NCBI GenBank assembly: GCA_047495785.1 | Contig: JBLDXI010000009.1 | Coordinates: 3,720,001-3,784,000, forward strand | Length of the DNA stretch: 64,000 nucleotides | Origin: Lepidodermella squamata | Taxonomy: Eukaryota > Animalia > Gastrotricha | Reading direction: 5' to 3' | Shown here: piece after piece, positions 57,624 to 64,000 of the stretch | How positions within the stretch are numbered: the first letter of the stretch is position 1 | Layout of the letters: each line of letters begins with the position of its first letter | Made by a program: the position numbers and the translations under genes | Notes under the pieces: generated by a model | Databases searched by the model: none | Told to the model about the DNA's origin: nothing | What the model saw: only the letters and a program-made list of their open reading frames with translations

Positions 57624-58697
57624 TCACGGATTAGTTTCAAGCTTCGAAATCGCTAAATTATCAGCTAGCTTGTTCATCCAAGTTACCAAATTCGGGTGGT
57701 AAGGAATACCGCCTGATTCATCGCATTTCTTCATGTGGATTCGTTCGGGATCACCAGCAACCAAGACCGGTTTATCGCCACTTTTCTCCATGTTTCGATA
57801 TGAATTCATCAATGATTGCATGCGGTCCTGGAAGCCAGGTGCAAATGCATCAGGATTAATCGCCATGAAGCATTGGCCTAAATCGGCCTTAGTCGACGAG
57901 CTTTTCCAAGATCTGATGTTTGGACCGTAAGCGCTACCAGCAAGCATGCCGCAAAGCACCTCAACACCAAGCGCTAAGCCGAAGCCTTTGTAGCCACTGG
58001 TTATTTCCGTTCCGCCAAGAGGCAACAAGCCACCATCACCAAGGACATCGTTAGGATCCAGAGTTTCTTTACCTTGAGCATCAACGCCCCATCCAGATGG
58101 AATACTTTCATTCTTCACCTTCTGAACCTCGACCTTGCCAAGCGCAACAGCCGAAGTCGCCATATCAAGCACAAAAGCATCGCCATTTTTACCCGGGGCA
58201 GCTAAGCTGAGAGGGTTGGTACCTATCGCCTTGCTTTTAGCTCGAGTAGGGACTACGATTGGTGACGTGTTTGTTACGGAAAAGCCAATCAAGCCTTGCT
58301 CCATAGCCCTCATAGCATACCAGCCTGCTATACCGTAATGATTTGATGCATTTGCAACAACCGTGGCGACGCCGGTTTTCTTTGCCTTGTCAATCGCAAT
58401 ATCCATGCAAAATTTCCCAACTGCAGGGCCCAAAAGATTTTCACCGCTAACAAAAGCAGTACTTACTGTTTCTTTGAGTACTACAGGGCTGCCTTTTGTG
58501 GCGGTTGTTCCACTTTGAACGTCGCGAACATACATTTCGAGGCGGTTCAGTCCATGGCTAAAATGACCGCGGTAGTCAGCCGCAACCAATAATTCAGCCA
58601 ATGAATCGGCGTGATCTGATGAAGCTCCAGCTTTGGTCATGCATCTGAGAATGAATGATTTGACATTTGATGGGCGAATTATAACTGACGACTTCAT
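57624..58697 (-). CDS. Ldh_2 family oxidoreductase, copy 1
   Basis: Same motifs (ADYRGHFSHGLNRL, GTNPLSLAAP, GYKGFGL, VAGDPE); tandem paralog; intronless. Confidence 0.93.
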   Translation of the reverse strand: MKSSVIIRPSNVKSFILRCMTKAGASSDHADSLAELLVAADYRGHFSHGLNRLEMYVRDVQSGTTATKGSPVVLKETVSTAFVSGENLLGPAVGKFCMDIAIDKAKKTGVATVVANASNHYGIAGWYAMRAMEQGLIGFSVTNTSPIVVPTRAKSKAIGTNPLSLAAPGKNGDAFVLDMATSAVALGKVEVQKVKNESIPSGWGVDAQGKETLDPNDVLGDGGLLPLGGTEITSGYKGFGLALGVEVLCGMLAGSAYGPNIRSWKSSSTKADLGQCFMAINPDAFAPGFQDRMQSLMNSYRNMEKSGDKPVLVAGDPERIHMKKCDESGGIPYHPNLVTWMNKLADNLAISKLETNP

Positions 58698-59971
58698 ATT
58701 GAAGTATTACAATAAGTAAAAACTATTAATAATAATGAGGAACATAAGATAACCTTTAGAATTTTAAATTTTGGCACTAACGAGAAGTCATTATCTTTAT
58801 TTGAGGAATTCGTTTTAAATGTTTTAGAATCGCCGAAATGTAGGATTTTAGGAATGGGAAGGGTGACTTTCGCTCGTCATTACACTTATAAGAATTAATA
58901 TCAGCAAAAACAACTATTGAGAATTCTGGCTAGTTAAGAACCATAAAAACTGAGCAAAATATGGCGAAAGAATTTGAAAGTAAACAATGACGGAAAATGC
59001 GATCTCACTTGAAAACGCATGATGCGCCTTTCAGACAGCAGCGTAATAACGACAAAAGACAACAAAGTAGTCGTTGGCACCACAAACAGCTCTTTTAATT
59101 AAGATTATTCAACACTCAGATAAGTTTCGCTGACGTTGAGGAAAGGAGGATATTAATAGATCCCCAAGTCAACGACCAATGAAGATACCAACGGTCACGT
59201 TTGCAGTGCCAGAAGAAGGCACTTCGTGCTGAAGGCTCTCAATCATAGCCTCTTCGACACATATCGTTGGCTTTAACGTGAATACGTGCGCACCGAAGCC
59301 TAATGCATAATTTAGCCAGTAACCTACAGCCTACCGGTGTGCCACTCGCACTGAATGTGTTAAAAAGCTGAACCCCTGCCAGTGTGTAGACGCTACGGCG
59401 GCACAGAGCCAGTTTAGGTGGACTGATTGCACATGTTGAAATTAGACAAGGCAGGCGAGAAGGGCATGACTCCTTCAGCCAAAGGAACGGCTCATTTTCT
59501 CAAAGCAAAACAAACCGAAAAAGGTTGCTCGGGTGCACCTTGCCCCATCTTACAGAAAAAACCTCCGAACCCCTCTGGACCCTGAAACAGACCAACGGTC
59601 GAAAAAATAGCGCGCAAAAATGTGTCAGTTTGCGCAAAACTATTTTAAACATTGATATAAATTTTTGACTATGTTTGAAATATTCGGCGGTCAGGACCGC
59701 TATGACTGTATTTGCCGGACTTTTCAATTTTCAGTGATTCAGCCGGGAAACCTCAAAATTCAAAGGGACACCTGAGCTTCCAACTTTCAACTGTAGTACT
59801 TGAAGCAAGAGTGGCCTGGCTTTTGCGGATCTGCAGCCAATTTACTATAGACAGCCGTTTCTACTGCCCGTTTTTTTTGAATTTTATATTTGGGGTAACT
59901 GTCACAGCAGCGATTTGTAAGAAGCCTCGTCCTAGCCGTACACAGTCGTTATCGTAAGCTTACTGATAACT

Positions 59972-62058
59972 ATGGCTGCTCACAGGAAATTTGTCAATGC
60001 ATCAGATACAGCTAAAATGCTGAATTCCGGTTCGGTTTCTCGACCTGCGGCTTTTGAAATGGACCCGAGATCATCGCAGTCATCTTTTTCACAAGAAGTT
60101 GCTCTGCCCCCTCTGTTGTGCGGCGAGTTGTTTCCAGAGTTGGTTGTTGGCGAGGTTGCATATGTAACTGCCAATAAAAATTATGTCGGACAGCTCATGC
60201 TGACCAATTATCGTCTGTATTTTGTCGAAACGAGTGCTTCTCATTCGGCAGAATACGATGCTGCCGATTCAGTTGTCATCGACCTACCCCTTGGATTTGT
60301 TGAGGAATGCAAGAAAGTCGGTGGTTACAGCAGCAGAGGTGGCGATGCGTACGCTATCGAGGTCTACTGCAAAGATGGTAGACTTTTCCGCTTCGCTTAC
60401 AAAAGTGATCGGCCAGAACACAAACGGAAGGAAATTTTCAGCAAACTTGTTCAGCTCGCCTTTCCATTCTCGCATCGTCTAAAGCCGTTTGCTTTTTACT
60501 ACAAAGAAAAGTTTGTCAACCTTGATGATGGTTTCACAAACGGGTGGAATATATACGATATTCACAAAGAATATGATAGGTAAGTTGGTTGTAGTTCCGT
60601 TCCTTTATTTTACCATCTGTTTATTTATTAGGTTGCTTCATAGCTCTCATAGCAGCGCTGGCAATCATTGGAGAATTTCGAAAGCTAATGTCGATTTTAG
60701 CCTTTGCGATACTTATCCTCCGCTACTAGCAGTGCCATCCACTGTATCAGATCAAGTGTTACAGGATTGCGCACGTTTTCGGAGCAAGGGCCGCATACCC
60801 GTGCTTTCCTGGCTCCACCCAACTACTGGGGTTTGTCTATGCCGCAGCGCTCAGCCCAGCACGGCGCTGACTCATACATCAGAGGCAGACGAGCGTTTGT
60901 TGAAAGCTATTAAAGATGCTGGTTCTGAGCAGGCTCAGAACTTCTTCATCGTTGATGCGAGGCCGTTACTCAACGCTCTTGGTAACAAAGTGAAAGGTGG
61001 TGGTTATGAAAACACTCAAACCAACTACCTGTTTGCGAAATATTGCAATTTCAATATCGAAAACATTCACGCGATGAGAAAGAGCCAAAAGTCGTTATTT
61101 GCGCTGCTTCAGCATCTCGACAACCCGAACTGGTAAATTTATTGGGCGATTGAAATTCGCGTTGATAATTTTTTTATATTCAAGGTATGCTGACTTTGAG
61201 AAGACTGAGTGGTTGAAGCATCAATTCTACATCCTACGTGGTGCTTGTCAAATCGTTGATTATATCGAGACGAATAAGAACAACGTTTTAGTCCACTGCT
61301 CCGATGGCTGGGATCGTACTGCTCAGCTTACAGCTCTTGCTCTATTAATGCTGGACCCTTTTTACCGAACGATTCGAGGATTCGCTGTTCTGATCGAAAA
61401 AGAATGGCTGAGTTTTGGCCACAAGTTCCTCGAGCGGTATGGTTTAGGCCAGGATGCTGGCTCTTCAGAATCGGGCGAACGTTCGCCAGTCTTCCCGCAA
61501 TTTATGGAATGCGTTTATCAACTCTTCCGCCAATTTCCAACATTTTTCGAATTCGACGAACGACTGCTGATATTTTTGATTGACCAGCTCTACAGCAATT
61601 TATTCGGCACATTCCTGTCTAATTGCTGGAAAGAGCGCGAGGCTCAAAATTTGAGAACAGAGACGAATTCGGTCTGGTCTTACATTTTGAAATACCACGA
61701 CGAATTTCGCAATCCGTTCTACAACGCGGCGTCGTTAACTCAACGCCGAGTTATAATGCCAGTCGTTTCTCTGCGACGTCTCGATTTCTGGCGGGCATAT
61801 CACCTCCGGCCTTACGTCGACAATATGCATAAAGAGCTGGTCTACATGCGATTGAGTGATTTAACCGCGATTAAGGACCACTTCGAGGAGGCTGTAAACA
61901 ATTTCGGCGATAACAGCGTTTGCTCGACTGTTTCAGTGCCGCAGCGACCGAAACGAGACCCACCGCCGATTCCGAACGCGCCGAGCTCGGCCGATGCGGT
62001 GCCGACGCGGCGCCAGGCTTCCAAAAAACCGGCTGCGTTGGCAACCAGCGATAATTAA
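59972..62058 (+). CDS. MTMR2: Active myotubularin phosphoinositide 3-phosphatase, MTM1/MTMR1/MTMR2 subgroup
   Basis: Exons 59972-60579, 60632-61132, 61185-62058. PH-GRAM (GQLMLTNYRLYF), LCDTYP, FRSKGRIPVLSW, catalytic VHCSDGWDRT, EKEWLSFGHKF. Confidence 0.9.
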
Positions 62059-64000
62059 AAGTGCTTCTGCCGTTTTTATTGCAATGATAATTATACTATG
62101 AATAAATATTTATGGCTTTTGATGAAGCGAGGCTTTTCGCCCGTTACACAGGTGTGTTATCAGATCACGGCAAAGTGATTGATGGTGTTATACTGTCGAT
62201 AATTGCAATTTATTGCGGCGATTTTTACAACAATACACCTAGAGTTTTGTTTATGTGTTATTATTATCATCACTGATGGCAAGGCCGGGGAGCTGTTGTA
62301 GGCTACGTGTTATAAATTACCCAGGTACATGGTACATTAAAAATCGCGCGCTTCGGTGTGTTCTCATTTAACATCATTTTCGCCGGCTTCCTCGCATAAG
62401 TAGCGTTCAATCAGAATTTTCTACTTGGTTTTTGGTCGGAAACCCACGTTTCGTTTTTAATCGTTGGCGGTGGGTCATTGGGATGTCCATCTACACGAAT
62501 AGGAGCAGTCGATTGCACGACGAGTTCTCCCTACTGTTAGCCGAAGAGCCTCGTGAAACCATACAGGTGAGCCAAAATCGCAATGTTATTTTTGTAATTA
62601 TTTCACGAGCAAAATCCGCATATTCCGCTATTTGCAACTTTTGCACATTTTCAGTCGTAACATGTCGGAACGTATCGCTACTAGGGTGGTTAGTTTTTAT
62701 TCAGTTTCCATGAACGTCCGGTCAAGACATGCCTAAAAGTTTCTGCTTTTAGTCCGATTCTTTTTTCGAAGAATCTGGTTTTGTTCAACTTCGGCCAGGT
62801 TTCTTGGTCATTTATAATAGAAACTGTCGACGAGTAGCATTAATTTGAGGCCATGAACTCTCACTGACAAAAAATGAAGCTACATCGTGGATTACTTCGG
62901 CGTTTGGCCTTTCAAAAATTGAAGGTAACAAGCCAAAAACCCAATGAGCGGAACCCCTAGCTCAAGAACGCATTTCCGCATTTCCAGACAGGAGATGACA
63001 GGTATAAGGGAAAAATTTGGAATTTTGTATTTTCGATAGAATTTCGGTCAATGCTCATCGGAATCCGCGTCTAATCAGAACGGAGTTCGTATTTTCAACT
63101 GGACCTTCCAGGGGTGCCCAACTCATTGGGTGTATGGGTGCCTTGCTACGTTCGATTTTTAATTGGTCAAAGTCACCTAATTCCAATCCCAATATTTCAC
63201 GGTAATAATAGCGAAGAAATTAAATCACCATCATCTAGCTTGAAAGCAGATTTTGTGATGAAATCCCAGTAGAGGAATTTTTCTCGGCACTCTGTTCACT
63301 GAGAAATTCCTAGAAAAATTCAGCTCTATTTTGGGTTCTAAAAAGTCATTATCATTTCGGTCGTCAGTTGTTTGTTTCTCAATTTAACAATTTTACCAAC
63401 TTATCCAAGCGTCAATTTATCAAATTATCAATTACTTTCTTCTCAATTTGCGAGTTGGGAATAGAAAAAATGGTACCTAATAAATGCATTGGAGATGGTA
63501 AGAAATTATCGATCTTTTGGAAAAATGAGAAAAATCAGCGCTCTTCTGGCGATCGATTTTTCTGAATTGTTTATCCAGGAAAGTGTGCTCTTCGACCGCT
63601 TGCTTCGTTACAGTAACAGGAAACAGGAATCGAGGTCATATGACGTTCAAACCCAACGCGGAAACGTGAATGGCTGCGTGTTATTTGATAGAGCGTAGCT
63701 GCGATCATCGCAGGTGTGTACGCGATAGATTTTTCTGAACGGTGCAACGCTGCAATTATACCCGCTCTTCAAAACCGCTGCGTATATAGTAGGAATGCGA
63801 ACCAATAATAATTGTAACATACAGATAGGCATCGTTAATATATTACACGAGAAGCCGGTTTGTTAAAGATTTTTCGACACCGCCTGTAGTATTAGTCTTG
63901 TGTTGCGCGATTTCTTTTGCGTAGAAAGTGTTGTTGTTATTTTTTGCCGAGACAGCTCACGGTGCGCGAAAGCTGCAAATCGAGTCCAAGAAGACGTATA

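Noticed and set aside
56505-58697. Recent bacterial horizontal transfer of the intronless Ldh_2 genes
   Set aside because: This family is known in many invertebrates, base composition resembles the neighbours, and adjacent COMMD5 is also intronless.
62400-64000. Possible exons near the right edge
   Set aside because: No recognisable protein or phase-consistent model.
1-64000. tRNA, rRNA or CRISPR features
   Set aside because: None recognised by eye; the repeats are simple satellites without spacers and the DNA is eukaryotic.

Overview
Gene-dense eukaryotic DNA from a compact-genome bilaterian invertebrate; the species cannot be identified from the sequence. Introns are mostly 50-60 nt GT-AG, spacers are short and CpG is abundant. 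Most genes are spliced, so the ORF track fragments or misses them; I rebuilt exon structures by hand. Left to right: partial beta-TrCP/slimb, ABCD1/2, two NDUFA4-like paralogs flanking a KRBA2/Ginger-type integrase relic and a MITE, then a 24-kb block, then Rheb, two orphan genes, ZIP13, an IRS-PTB adaptor, two neuronal calcium sensors, C17orf98, DELE1-like, COMMD5, two Ldh_2 dehydrogenases and a myotubularin. The 24-kb block is the most striking part. It holds seven highly divergent pentameric ligand-gated ion channel (pLGIC) genes surrounding a lone Hox3 gene, plus two paralogous small secreted-protein genes. These channels lack the acetylcholine-binding residues, have almost no intracellular M3-M4 loop and share four family-specific cysteines; one has lost both Cys-loop cysteines. 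They are a candidate lineage-specific chemosensory channel expansion (inference). All family assignments rest on recognised motifs, not on database searches.
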